Assembly: GCF_003704095.1 (NCBI RefSeq)
Contig: NW_020845500.1
Span: forward strand, 1-64,000
Origin: Pocillopora damicornis
Taxonomy: Eukaryota
Length of the DNA stretch: 64,000 nt
Direction: 5' to 3'
Shown here: positions 52,401-64,000 of the stretch, one piece after another
How the letters are laid out: each line of letters opens with the position of its first letter
Numbering within the stretch: the stretch's first letter is position 1
Translations under genes and position numbers: made by a program
Notes under the pieces: model-generated
Told to the model about the DNA's origin: nothing
What the model saw: the letters and a program-made list of their open reading frames with translations, nothing else
Databases searched by the model: none

Positions 52401-55400
52401 AAATCCAATTAAGACAGTTCGTAGTGCTCATCAGTTACCAGACTATTGTAAAATAACACATGACCGATAATTCTTCTTCTGTGAGGAAGTCACGGAGAGA
52501 CTTATTCATGTATACAATACACATTAAATGATAAGGTTTGTAACGCCATCCCTACCGTTTCGTTTGCGTTATGCGTCACATGATGCTAACGATAAGATAC
52601 GGGACCATTCGAGCTCCGCGTGGAGCAGAACGTTTCAGAACGCAATCAAGCGCATAGCTTCGTTCGAGGCACGAGTTTTCGCACGGAACTCTGACTAACC
52701 TTACAGTCTAACGGTTCCATACGGTTCTTGGTTGAGGTAAGAGTTATTTTCGAATCTCTAGTACAATTTTAACACCGATCTTGTACCTTCCTCTTGCATA
52801 CACGGACCTTAGGGATTGGATTGTGTGGTTTGCTCGACTACAGTTTCCTTGCATATACCCCTTTCTAGCCGAAAACGCGGTCGCTACAGGTTTGTTCACA
52901 ACAATCCGATCGCATACTCATAAAAGAGCTGTACAGACGTTTATTTTGTTTTATGAGACATAGCTATATAAGTAATTTGGACCTCAAAAACATCTAACTG
53001 TTACAATACCATCAAAACAACGCAGAAAAATCAATCCTAAATAGAGAAAAACACACCGCTCGCTACAACAAAAATATCAGACTAACTGCTAAAACGGCTC
53101 TCCCTGAATACATCAAGATCCTAAACAACACTTGCAATCCATCCACGTTATTCTCGCAAAATAACTAAAGAGCAATTAAGGAAAATTAAGGAAAACACTT
53201 GAGTTCCAGGAAATGGATTGAAAAGGCACCTACCAACTTTTCTGAAGTCGATATCTGAATTTGCTCATGACTGGTGTTCAGGCGGTTGGCTATCCTGTGA
53301 CGAAGGGACTTTAAACTTTCGTTGGAATGGGACTAAAAACAGATAAAAAAATATACATTAAGATAAATAAAACGTAGTATGTAGAAAGGAATCTTTTCAG
53401 TAGTTTGATCATTGGGCGATTGGCAATTCTTTTAAAAATTTTCCAGAAACAAACTTTTACTGTTTGCCGTAATGATTTTCTGTTCAAGTAACAAACAAGG
53501 AAATAAATTCAATATATACTCCTCAACATATGATACGTGTGGATATTTTGCGAGTTGCGTAGTACTTATCCGAACCCACGAGGGGCAAGGAAAATTGAGA
53601 GCAATGAGCATAATGACTGATCGTATTTCATTTTTAACCATCGAATGAGGGAGTTGTTCTGCTATTATTTTCTTTCTAGTTTTCGAAATCCATCCTTGGC
53701 CCTCATCTGAGCATGGCATCGATCGCATAAGGCGTGGGGGAAAACAGAAACAACATAACGAAACCAAGTAAATGTTATTGTGGCCTACAAATGCGCGTAA
53801 AAGTGAGCCTTATAATACAAAAAAAAAACCAAGTTTGGAATGTTTGCTGAGGCCATTTTGTTGCACCACTTTCCGTCGGCATTTTTGCTCTGTTCTGCAG
53901 TCTAACACTGTAGCATATAGTGCGCGCTCCAGTGCCCTACTATGATAAAATGCTATACAATAATGATTCAAATTAAAAAACTTGTCAATAATCCTTCACA
54001 ATGATGTTTAATTGTTGTGATAACCCTTTCCCAAAAGTCTTACCAGTATCCATCAATGAAACTTTCCTACGGGCCACACCCATAGAAAGCTAAGAACGAC
54101 AACAAATAGATAAGAACCTGAAGAGTGATCTCTTGTCTGGGTAAATCAGAAGACACATTGATGGTGATAGGATATCCATGAAATGACGCTCCATGAGGTA
54201 ATAAAGTGCGAGGACCAGCATGGAGATCCTTATGAAAAATGAATGAAAATAACCATTGGTAACTACTATAAACATCACAACAGGTTAAAATTGTATGGCT
54301 CTAACATCTTATGTTCGTTTTACATTTTGCTTTTTGTTTGTCGGCTCATTTCTTGTTTAATTTTTATATCAGGGTTTTGTTCTTTCTTCTGTTTTGTTCG
54401 TTTCCTTTTTTGTTGTACATTTTTTATTTCACGTGTTTTTGGTTTTTTTGGGGGGGAGTTCCTTTTTATAGTAACCCATCCCTCTTAAAAGAAAGTCGAA
54501 GTTTATCATGCCAGGAATGTTGATTTCGCGTCACCCAAATTTATAATTTCCGTAGTTCATAATTCAGCAGGCCCTTCTGAGCTTCATAACTACTCTTATT
54601 GTCAAATATAATAATCATGGCCGAAAGATCCCCTTGAATTTTTTGATTATCAAGAACCGGTTTCAGATTTATTTAGAGATTTAGAACTAAGTATAGGTTT
54701 CCTTTAAATCAATCTTCCTGCAAAAACCATTTTAACTACAATGTAATTACGCACGAGATAAGGAGAGTTATGGGGATGCTTTGAGGTAAAACTTAGGAAA
54801 CTTAAACGTTCAGCTACCATAAGAGACAAAGACAGAATTTCTCCATATGATGTCAGTACAATATCAAGCAGAAAAGTGATGAGAAGAAAGAAAAATGTCG
54901 ATAAGGGGAATATTAAATAATCCAATATAAATTCTTAAGAATAACATCATAAAATTATATGGCACACAGTAAGGCAAATTACGGATGAGATCTTGAGAGT
55001 GAAAGGGTGAGATGATACAATTTCAAACGTTAGGATAACATCTATAGGGCAACAAACCTCCACAGTAATGATGTACTGTTCCACTAGCACTAAAAGCCTC
55101 TCAACACTTAACATGTAGTTAGCCCTGTAAACACAAACACAACAATCAAACGTACAACAATCGACATGGAAACGTACATGTAGCACTACTGTACATGACT
55201 CTGCAACTTAGTCTGTTTTGCTTGTTTGTTTGTTTGTTTGTTGGTTTGGTTTGTTAATTTTTATTAAGGCCACAGGCCTCCAGTTTTAGAGGCAAGGACT
55301 GTCAGGCCACTAATGATTCAAGTAAGGTTATACCTTTTAAAGCGTTGAAATTAGTTCTCTCTATCAAAGTCAACGGTTAGGCAAGCAGAAGATAACACTG

Positions 55401-57583
55401 AAACCTTGATTAAATGGAATACAGTTAAGGCGATTCTTTCGCATTGCATTACACATCCTGTACTGCGCATTAAAATCACGTAATCAGGCGAATAAGCGCA
55501 CGCGTTCGGAGAACACGATGATGTTTTTTAACCAATGGAAGAGGTAAAGACGTACGATGGGCTTTAGCTCGTGAACGAGCACGGTGACCTATAAGCCTAA
55601 CAGGCCTTAAAGCCAATTTCCTGCCCATACCTGGCTGATCCTGGACTGATGGGTACATCAGGTGAAACAGGCGCAGAAGCACCAGCAGCAACTGCAACAC
55701 CTGCTGCTTGGTTGAATGAACTTTGTCCCAGGCCAGACATCATTGCCTACAATTTAGGAACAAGTCAGTGTGATAGTATTAACCAAAGAGAGACTGCACC
55801 ATTTTGAACAGAGGTGTAGTCAAACATCCTCACAGAAACAATTTGCCAAGTGGTCATGATAGACAACTGTCTGTTTTCGTGGAGGTCACCACAATTATAC
55901 CTCTTTAAGACTCTGCCAACAGTTTTTGACTAAAAATTAGGACACACAAGCTATCACTTACAAATTATCAACAACGAACCACCACAAACTACTCAACACG
56001 ACCAAAGAAAGCCAAATGAATAGAGACCAAAAAAGCAGTAATTCTAAGTACGCTGCAGTGGTCAAGATTTTGACCAAGAAAACTACAGTCGAACAAAACC
56101 AACCCACCTCAAGGCGTTTGTAACACTCCAAAATAAATTTCTTGTGAATATTTACAGGATCCTTAAAGGCAAAAAAACAGATACGCATGTACCAAACTTG
56201 CACTCTAAAAATGACACTGATAACAGAGTGTAACACTGTTCACCAGGATGCTGTGTCAATAACACATACAAATATACACTTGTGTCATTTATTTAATACA
56301 TTGTTGATAACAAATCACTATGCAGCAGAGTGACTTATTTTCTAATATGTGTGTACTTATTACGATGTTTCTCTTAACTTTAAAGACACTCAGACAAGTG
56401 CTTGTTTTTAAATTTGTTTCCATACGTTCGTGCACAGTTGGACAATTACATTTCACAAAGACATGAAACATTCCTTGAAAGATGCAAGCACACGTACATC
56501 ACGCAACAGGTATGAGACGCAAACATCTTTATTTTTACGTACAGGTAGAACCTGATCGCATATCAAGTCAAACAAAAACGACACATGATGCAACTCAATA
56601 TCACAAATTAAAGAAACTATTAACCATTTGTATTACAGTATTTACTTTCCACGCTCACCTTCTTCAGCTTTGAAGACAGCCAAGTGTAACTAAGTTCCAT
56701 AAGTTGTTTAACAGCTAACATGGCTATTTCCTCCGATGGAACCTCAAGAACAATCCTCCACAAGTAGTCAAAACCTACAAGGTCCATTTTCTCCACTGTA
56801 AAGATGTTACCAGTCTTCTTGATGCGATTGTCATTGTGGTTAACATTCTCCAGAAATGCTTTGCAGCAAGCAAAGCCTGCAAAAGAAATATGACAGATTA
56901 TAAAGTTGTAAACCCATTGAAATGTTTGTTTAGATTTGACCCATAAAACCCAAGAAATTAATTTCTCCTTACAACATCAACACACATTTGAGCAGGCCAA
57001 GGTACTGAGAATTAAGAGGATGGTCAACAAGGGGATTATTATGATTATTGTGATCAAGACAGAATTTCTCCTAACACCATTAATACAGTATCAAGCAGAC
57101 AAGTGATGAGAATAAAGAAAAATATCAATTAGAGGATTATTGGTTGATCCAATTCCAAATTCTCTAAACTAACATTATCTGAATTGTATTGCAGACAGTA
57201 AGGAGAATTACTTAAGTGAGATCTTGGGAGTGAAAGGGTTAACAGCAAATTCTCAAAAAAAAAACCTTATGGTATAGGTAGGGCAGACACTAAGGAGAAT
57301 TACTAATGAGTACCCGGGGGTGAAAGGCTAAACAACACCTCATGTTATATCATGCCATAACCTGCAATTATATCCCAAGCATCACAGATTATCACTTGAC
57401 AACATACATGTATGCCACTGAACATTACCATATGGACAAAAAGTTTTCAATGTCATATTTTACTTCTGACATTCTCTCTTCATCCTTCTTTATCTGTAGT
57501 GTTTTAGGATGGTCAATGAAAGACCTCCATATGGTTTGGTCAAGCATATTGTGGTGGAATCAAGTACAATAGGCAACAACATG

Positions 57584-57615
<32 letters not shown>

Positions 57616-60600
57616 AACATTGGTGGAGGTGGAGGTGGAGGTCAATAAAGATCATTTGGATATAAAATTATTAGCAAAGTTGATAATGTAAATTGGCCTT
57701 CATAAAGAGTTTCTAAAACTGTTGTTTTGAATATCAAATATCAAGCAAAAAAAGCAAAAATTTTATATTTTATATAATATCAAAGGCTAACCCTGAAAAT
57801 GTCAGCTTTAGAAACTCTTCATAGTGGCAAAATTACATTTATTAACCTAGTTGAGAAAGGCAAATCACCAAAAGTTATCAGTTTGTATTATTTGCTATCT
57901 CAGTGTACCTTTCATTGTCAGCTTACTGGGATCCAGCTTAAGAACCTTTCCGGTAAACATCTGAGATTGAGTGTCTGGCTCTAAATCACACTGTCCTTTG
58001 AAGAACCAATCAAAGCAAGTCTGCAAAGGTTAAAATGAAACATAATTGAAAAAAATGTCTATCACATTTATTTCTCATAGGAGCAGAACAGAGAAAAATA
58101 TATGCATCCAAGTTGAGAGATCAAATTTCAGTCTCATCTTAATAATTTGCATTCTCCACATTGCTAAGATAAGCTTTAGGTCAGAATATTTATATAATTA
58201 TTATTTGCCTTAAGCCTGTGATTCAAGAAAATTTTTTCATTTCCTTTTAAAATTCCACAAGGTTGTTGAATTCGCGAATAAACAAAGTGCAGTCTATCAC
58301 TTAAATTGCACTATAGACACAAAATGGTTACATACACCATGTAAAGTGCGATTTAAAATTCAGTTGTCCTTGCCATTATTGTCATCATCATTAATATTTT
58401 TAATACTACTTTCAACATGATGATCAGTTAACCAAAGCAGCTTGTAGATCAACCAACCTCACGATCAAATTCACAAGCATCAACATTAGCTACTAGACAA
58501 TCCCAGATATCTCTAGCTCTGTGCCAGTGGAGGTAGAGTACCCCCTCTTGCAAAACAAATGCAAGAAAACGCAAGTGGATGTTGACAAACTCCTTGTGTG
58601 TGTAGCGACCATCAACTAGGGTGTCTTCCTCCAGTCCAGCAGGGGAAGCAGCAGTGACAGCAAGCTGGTGACAGTTCACAAGGCTGGTGACAGTCAGCTT
58701 GATTATGTCATGATTTTTATGAAGCTCTGGAAGGATGCCCTGAAGATACAATATATTTGTGGGATTGTAGCTTAAACTGAGCAATAATATACTTTCGCAA
58801 AAATAAAACTTACCTAATAGACAAAGAATGGAGTGGCTCCTATTAATTAACAAGTTCTAATATAATGTGCTGTTTTCTTACTTATCCTTTAATTGTAAAC
58901 TATGTAATACATATTAAGGATTTTAAAAACAGATGCAGTGTTGCAGAGGTCCCAGAATGACAATTAGTTAACAACTGCCTTACAAAAGCACAGTTTTTGA
59001 AATATAAACAAAGGATTATTGATCCAGTTTTCTGACTAATACCTGAATTTTGAGTTACTGCTGATGATTAACATTGATTGAAAGAAGAATATTCAATCCA
59101 ATGCACAATGTTTTTCCACCTCACAAAATAATTCTTAGGTTTGAGTACTTGGAATAGAGCACAGTCACTCCAAAGTTGGTTGTAATTGTAGACATAAAGC
59201 TGAATGAAGCAATCCAAAAAAATGAACTCTATCATTTCAAGTTCTTGTTGACCTCTCCCCCCCCCCCCCCCCCCAAAAAAAAAAGGTGTTCAAGATTTTC
59301 TTTTTAAGCCAAGTACCAACCTTGTCATGCTTGTTAAACTGTTGTTTCACCATTCCTCTTGTGATTTTCAAAAGTTGACGGATAGCTGGTACAATCAAAA
59401 CACCTTTCCTTATGTCCTCCACACACTTGACAGCATAGTTCTTTTTGATCTGTTCCTTCACAGCATAGGAATCACTCAGGATTTCAATGTGAGATTTGAG
59501 GGCCTGATCAACCATATCAGTTGTTAGTGATGGCAGGTGAGATAAGCTCCATAGAAGATCAAGAACCTGAAATAAAAACACAAAGGTTGACATACACGTT
59601 AAGCACTTGTAAGGAACTTTTAACCATAATCTTTCTCTCCGAAAAGTCACTTAACGTATAATTATACAATCTTAGTCTAAACAATCCTGCCATGTTACTA
59701 TGTCATGCCAATAATGACAAGTACCTTAGTGGTAATCTTTCCCACTCTCGCTTCCTTTCCAATTCGTCCAATGAGCACAAGCAGCTTCTCCTTCATGCGA
59801 TCATTCTCTGATCCCCAACTCTAGGAAAAGAAATGCAATAATTGATATTTTACAGACACTGCAATTGTCCTAAAGGTATCGGTAGCCAGATAGGGAAATT
59901 GAAATCATACATTGATCTGATACTAAAGCTATACCAGCCACTAATTTCATTTCTAGAGTAAAAAGAGGCACAAGCAAGTACACTGTACTTCTTTCAAACA
60001 ATACTATAAATTTTCATAGCCATAGTCTTGAAAATTACTGATTTGCAAGCTTAACTGCAAGAAAGTAATCCTAAATCTTACTGATTACAACAATCATGCA
60101 AAATGTACCTGTTGGATCAGCACAAATAGGTGTTCAAGTTGGTTGGAGTTAAATTGTACAGCTGCTGTGGCTAAGATATTATGAATGTTGTCCACTTCTG
60201 TCGGGTGCTTTCCAACCTTAGTGGAGAAACAAACAACTAACACTTTGAAAATTTCATTTAATATCTAATTATTATCATTAAAAATCACTTTGCTTAAATT
60301 CTATAATTATGTAAGATAAAGGTTTCATAATCTGTTTATTGATGAGGCATTCTCAAAAACTCTTTATTCAGTGAGTGACTAGTAGTTTCTCTTGTGATTG
60401 TTAACCCCTACACTCCTCACAACTTATGGCCTCATTTAGTAATTCTTCTGTATGACTGCTATACAATTCTTATGATGCTAGTTTGGTGAATTTGGTATTG
60501 GATCAGCTAATCGACGTAATCCCCTGACTGATGTTTTTCTTTCTTCTCATCACTTGCCTGCTTGATATTGTAAAAAGGAATTTTATCGTTGTTACTCACA

Positions 60601-63600
60601 TGAGTTAAAGGATTAAGTCTGACTGATAATTTCGGAATAATTTACATCATCCTTTCATTTAAAATGTTTCCTCTGCCAATTAAAGAATATTTTCTATTGA
60701 CAGTAATTACATCTATTGATTCCTAGAATTCCCATCTGTGGTACACCTGTAGTCACCTACACCACCAATCTGAAACATGACACAGATCTGGAGGAAATTT
60801 ACCACCAGTATTAAAGTTTTAACCGATGGTTTGGACTGAGTAACTAAGTCAGCAAATAAGAAATGTAACATAGGTAAGCAATATACACTACCTGCATTTT
60901 CCATATGGTTGTCAATTCATCCAGTGAAAGTTTTGTTCCGAGAAATTCCACAAGGACTTTAATTCGGTCACAATACTGAGACTGATGAAGATTACCTGTT
61001 TGTCATCAAACAGAAAAAGTTGTAAGAAAATAATAATGCATAAAAATTTGGTCTTAAAACAGCTATATGAGGCAGCTAATGTTTTTTTCTTTACAACATA
61101 GCAACTATAAACAGGAGATTCAATACATTTTGAAGAAGACAGCAAAAGCTGCAAAGTAAGTAGCTAGTAGAAGTTTGATCTTTACTCTAATGTTGTTAAT
61201 TTCAGAGAAAATAGGCCATGGTTTTTTCTCGACATGGACGGCAAATTTTCCCAGTTGCTTGATCTTATTGAAACCCCAGCCTGTAACAAAAGTACTAATA
61301 GTTTATTATTATGTAAAGAATCTCTCTACATTACAAAAATGAACCTGTTCAAAAACTATGTGATGAGAATTTCCAGTCATTGCATCACATAATGTCAAAG
61401 AAAATGAGTGATGGTATTAAACTCTTGTTACCTACACTTACTGAAGCATGGCATAGGTCTTACGCCATACATAACGGCTGGCTAAAATTTCTTGACAAAT
61501 TGCTAGAGCAGTTTCTCAACTAAAATGATTCCTTGTTACATGAAACTTCGGAAGATTGCCAAATGTGCTTGATATACAGGTAATAGATGGGAGCTCATTT
61601 GGTACATCTGTAGTCTGTCAATTTTCATTTTCATTCATTGTTTTGGATTGGGGAGTAACAAACCAAAATGACATACTTTCAAATGCAATTGAAAGCACTT
61701 TATTTTGCAGTAGCCACTCTGTGATGGCATCTTGAGACAAGTTCACTTTGGTGTTCTTGTTCTTCTCTGAATCTTCAATCAGTTTGCAAACCTAGAAGAA
61801 AAACTTCATTTGAATTACATCACTGTACATGTAGATGAGCTATATATCTGATGGAGTTGACGAATTAATTTTAAGTACCAATAAAAATGACTCTGTATTA
61901 CCATGATTCTATGTACAAACCTCTTTCAAGGAGTTCATCTTTGCATTAAAATGAGGACTTTTGAGCATTTTCAAAGCAACTTCCAACCTCAAGTCATCCA
62001 CTCCAGCCACCATGCTCTGCCAAAGTCTCATACACAGGAGTTTCAGAGTTGTTAACAAGTCAAAAACATCACCAACCGTCTGTTAAGAAGTCAGAGTGTT
62101 AAGAGATTAAGGAACTAAAATTGATTACTGCAAAATAATGTGTTTGTAACAAGATTGCAAACACAAAGAAATGGATAAAAACTCCAGCCTCGTACATGAC
62201 AATAACTTTCTAAAGGAGAACAGTCCATTAATGGGGTCCTCTACTGAATAAGCTGGCCTTGAATTTCAGAAATTACTGTAAGCCCAACAGGGAACAGTAA
62301 AAACAAAATCAGAAAGATTAACAATTTGACCCCTGAGAGTGAAATCTAACTTCTCCTTACAGTATCACCCTTCAGTCACATTTTAAAGTAATGAGAATAA
62401 AGGAAATGATCACCAACTAAAGAGGCTCTTGCTTTTAAATCAAATTCTCCCTTTCAGCACCTTATAAAATATAGGGGAGAATAGTATAAAGAACAATTAT
62501 ACAGGGTTAAAAAAAGCAACAACTTCTCAGCTTCAGGTAATTTTTAAGTTTACCTTTTGTTTCATATCTTCATTAGTAAGTTCTTGAATGTAAGCCAAGG
62601 TCTTTTCAAAAACATCACTGAAGACTTTCTACGATGAAAAGTAACAGAGAAAAATATTCAAAGAAATGAAATTCCTAGCTACAGTTGAAGTAACTCGTGC
62701 CCAATGGGGGTATAGGGAAAGCATCTTTACAATCAAGCTGACTCACTGTATTATTTTGTGAAATCTTACCGGTAACACTTTGGCATTCAAATAACTGGCG
62801 CATATCCCCAATGGTTTCAAAAGTGCAGCCAGCATCTAAAATCAGAAATGAAATGAATTTGTAAAAGGCTATAATAACCATAACCATAACCATAACCACT
62901 CACCCACAAGATGAAAAACTCCAGAATCTTCAAAATTCTTGATTAAAAAATCTTTGAATTCCTGTCTTATTTACTGTACAAGTGTATGTTATTAAAATAA
63001 TGAGTAATGCTCTTACGGGAGCATCCACTTTCTCAGCTGTCTCAATCTGCTTTTTGATTTCCTCAAAACCACCGAGCTCTGCAAACTGAAAAAGAAAGTT
63101 CATGCTTGCCAGTCTTCCTAGTTTGTTACCCTGTCCTATTTTTCACTCAACACACTTGTGTTATTACTCAACACAATTGATTATAATATGAGCAAGGACT
63201 ATGATGTATGGCCATCCACCCTCTTATGTGTGGTTAACACTTTTACTCCCATGAGTGACCAAGACAGAATTTCTCTTCACAATATCAATACAATGTCAAC
63301 CAGATAAGTGGTGATAATAAAGAAAAAAAATTTGAGGATAACTTGTTAAGAATTGTATGGTTGATGGTAAGGAGAATTACAAATTTGATCAGGGAGCTAA
63401 AGGGTTAGAATCTTAAGGTGTCAGTAATTCAAGGCTCCTTGAGAGTGAAAAAAGTAAAAACAATAGTCTGGATACATGAATTTACATTAATAAGTCAGAC
63501 TACCGTACATCTAATACTATACACATTAGCTGTCCAGAATCTATACACAAAAATTAAAAGCAAGTGATAGACAAGCTTACAAATGACATCCATAATGAAA

Positions 63601-63827
63601 AATGAAAACTCATGAGTACTCATAATTTATGTTACACCTAACTGTAATAAATTGAAGTTAATGACAAACATTAGATCAAAAGTACAGCCTCTATAATATT
63701 ATTTACTCACTAATTTCTTTTTTTTTTTATAATTATGTACAAAATTAAGTCAGAAGTCATAAACTTGTAAGAGATACAGTCTTAATGTTACCTTGTTTAT
63801 CAAGTTTACCAGCCACCCATAAGGCTC
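28115..63827 (-). CDS. USP24: Ubiquitin carboxyl-terminal hydrolase 24 (USP24-like deubiquitinase); many exons, 5' end lies beyond the right edge
   Basis: Exon translations follow my recollection of vertebrate USP24 in order: [12 protein letters not shown]|FAELGGF; [24 protein letters not shown]; VTNK|[12 protein letters not shown]; [12 protein letters not shown]; Cys box [22 protein letters not shown]; His box [17 protein letters not shown]; KWYKFND; [19 protein letters not shown]; C-terminal [15 protein letters not shown]...[21 protein letters not shown]. All junctions I inspected were GT-AG and in frame. Confidence 0.92.
36070..36216. mobile_element. Internally deleted palindromic repeat of the family that carries a tRNA-like core; other fragments at about 22990-23140, 27075-27195 and 33570-33600
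   Basis: CGCAGTAATGAACACT.CTTGAGCAG pairs with CTGCTCAAG.AGTGTTCATTACTGCG; the same arm follows the tRNA-like core at 50700-50757. Confidence 0.7.
37357..37610 (-). CDS. USP24: USP24 catalytic His-box exon
   Basis: [11 protein letters not shown]...[25 protein letters not shown], flanked by cag| and |gt. Confidence 0.95.
39700..39845. mobile_element. Hairpin-type interspersed repeat; a second copy begins at 42460 and runs into the assembly gap
   Basis: TTCATCGAG.TA.GAAGCACG.GGGAAG.TT occurs at both loci; imperfect self-complementarity (CATCGAGAT...ATCTTGATG). Confidence 0.6.
41351..41470 (-). CDS. USP24: USP24 catalytic Cys-box exon
   Basis: Not in the ORF track. Translates [40 protein letters not shown] between tag| and |gtgggt. 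Confidence 0.95.
41824..42021. mobile_element. piggyBac-like MITE (about 200 bp); relatives at about 39880-40075, 49131-49333, 54790-55010, 56935-57331, 60401-60614, 62326-62510 and 63234-63408
   Basis: CCCTT...AAGGG termini with TTAA-type flanks (TCAA/TTAA); shared internal AATTTCTCC, GAGAATAAAG and AAGGAGAAT motifs. Confidence 0.8.
42501..42751. other. Assembly gap (251 N) inside a USP24 intron
   Basis: The flanking exons join in frame (DVHPK|CVARE), so no coding exon needs to be missing. Confidence 0.9.
45390..45618. mobile_element. Non-autonomous repeat with the same layout as the Crypton-linked end at 13083-13430
   Basis: TTATTATAAAATAATTC...CTCTGATTGGC, then TTATTTTATAAAA, then a partly deleted hairpin; internal repeats AAACCATTTTACAT and TATGTAAACACGG. 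Confidence 0.6.
48210..48843 (-). mobile_element. Kolobok-like non-autonomous DNA transposon (634 bp) with a decayed THAP domain, in a USP24 intron
   Basis: Imperfect TIRs of about 128 bp, AGG...CCT ends, flanks TGAA/TTAA. The minus strand reads (ACG)[12 protein letters not shown], then a frameshift, then [32 protein letters not shown] (C2CH THAP signature). Confidence 0.8.
50578..50757 (+). mobile_element. tRNA-derived repeat (SINE/palindromic element) with Pol III A and B boxes
   Basis: TAGCTCAGTTGG (A box), CTGCA/TGCAG stem and GGTTCAAATCC (B box), preceded by an inverted partial copy (CGGGATTTGAACCCAT) and followed by the family arm. Confidence 0.8.
51728..51754 (-). CDS. USP24: 27-nt USP24 microexon (SQEAMRIDE)
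   Basis: tttcag|AGTCAAGAGGCCATGCGGATCGATGAG|gtacat; phase 0-0 between ...TKEEAE and [15 protein letters not shown]. Confidence 0.65.
51885..52000 (-). mobile_element. Penelope/retrozyme-type repeat relic with a mutated minimal hammerhead motif; a related copy lies at about 57583-57870 (+)
   Basis: The reverse complement of 51961-51999 is ATTCGCTCTATCGAAGGGCTAACGCTTGAAACGTCAG, against the hammerhead core CTGANGA...GAAAC.TC. 57781 onward reads AAAGGCTAACCCTGAAAATGTCAGCTTTAGAAACTCTT. Confidence 0.55.
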
Positions 63828-64000
63828 CTATGGTAGAAAAAGAAAAAGCCACATGATGTATTTATCCACATTGTAAACTTTCAAACTAGTATGTATACTA
63901 CACTTAAAAAAGCATGTTTGTAGAAAAAAACGTTAAATGTTCAAATAGTATTTTACTAGCAATAACTTAATTTTGTATTCCCTGATTAACCAACAACATT

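Noticed and set aside
28115-63827. USP9X/FAF or USP34 identity; U12-type introns
   Set aside because: The C-terminal and internal motifs fit USP24 better. No GTATCCT/ATATCCT donor was seen at the junctions inspected.

Overview
Eukaryotic, intron-rich animal DNA. The gene set and repeat families point to a scleractinian coral, possibly Pocilloporidae (inference). There are two assembly gaps, 12463-12562 and 42501-42751. (1) 1-22 kb holds two tandem minus-strand paralogs encoding secreted coadhesin-like von Willebrand A (VWA)/thrombospondin-1 (TSP1) proteins. Gene B reads signal peptide-VWA-VWA-TSP1-[gap]-VWA; gene A runs off the left edge. Both have an 18-nt microexon that encodes the probable signal-peptide cleavage region, and their VWA ligand faces are mosaic and charge-divergent. 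(2) 25.1-26.0 kb is a class A GPCR with an intronless coding region and an atypical pocket (Arg at 3.32, no Cys3.25, no Pro6.50). (3) 28.1 kb to the right edge is the 3' part of a multi-exon USP24 deubiquitinase gene on the minus strand, with a sharp CpG-depletion boundary near 56.7 kb. Introns and intergenic DNA carry many mobile-element relics: a THAP-bearing Kolobok-like element, a Crypton tyrosine-recombinase relic joined to a hairpin repeat, piggyBac-like MITEs (one nested), a perfect palindromic MITE, tRNA-derived SINEs and degenerate hammerhead-ribozyme motifs. No CRISPR array, rRNA or intact tRNA gene was found. Exon boundaries were read by eye from GT-AG sites and reading-frame continuity. 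I found no clear-cut new biological system; the strongest leads are the diversified VWA cluster, the atypical GPCR and the Crypton-hairpin link.
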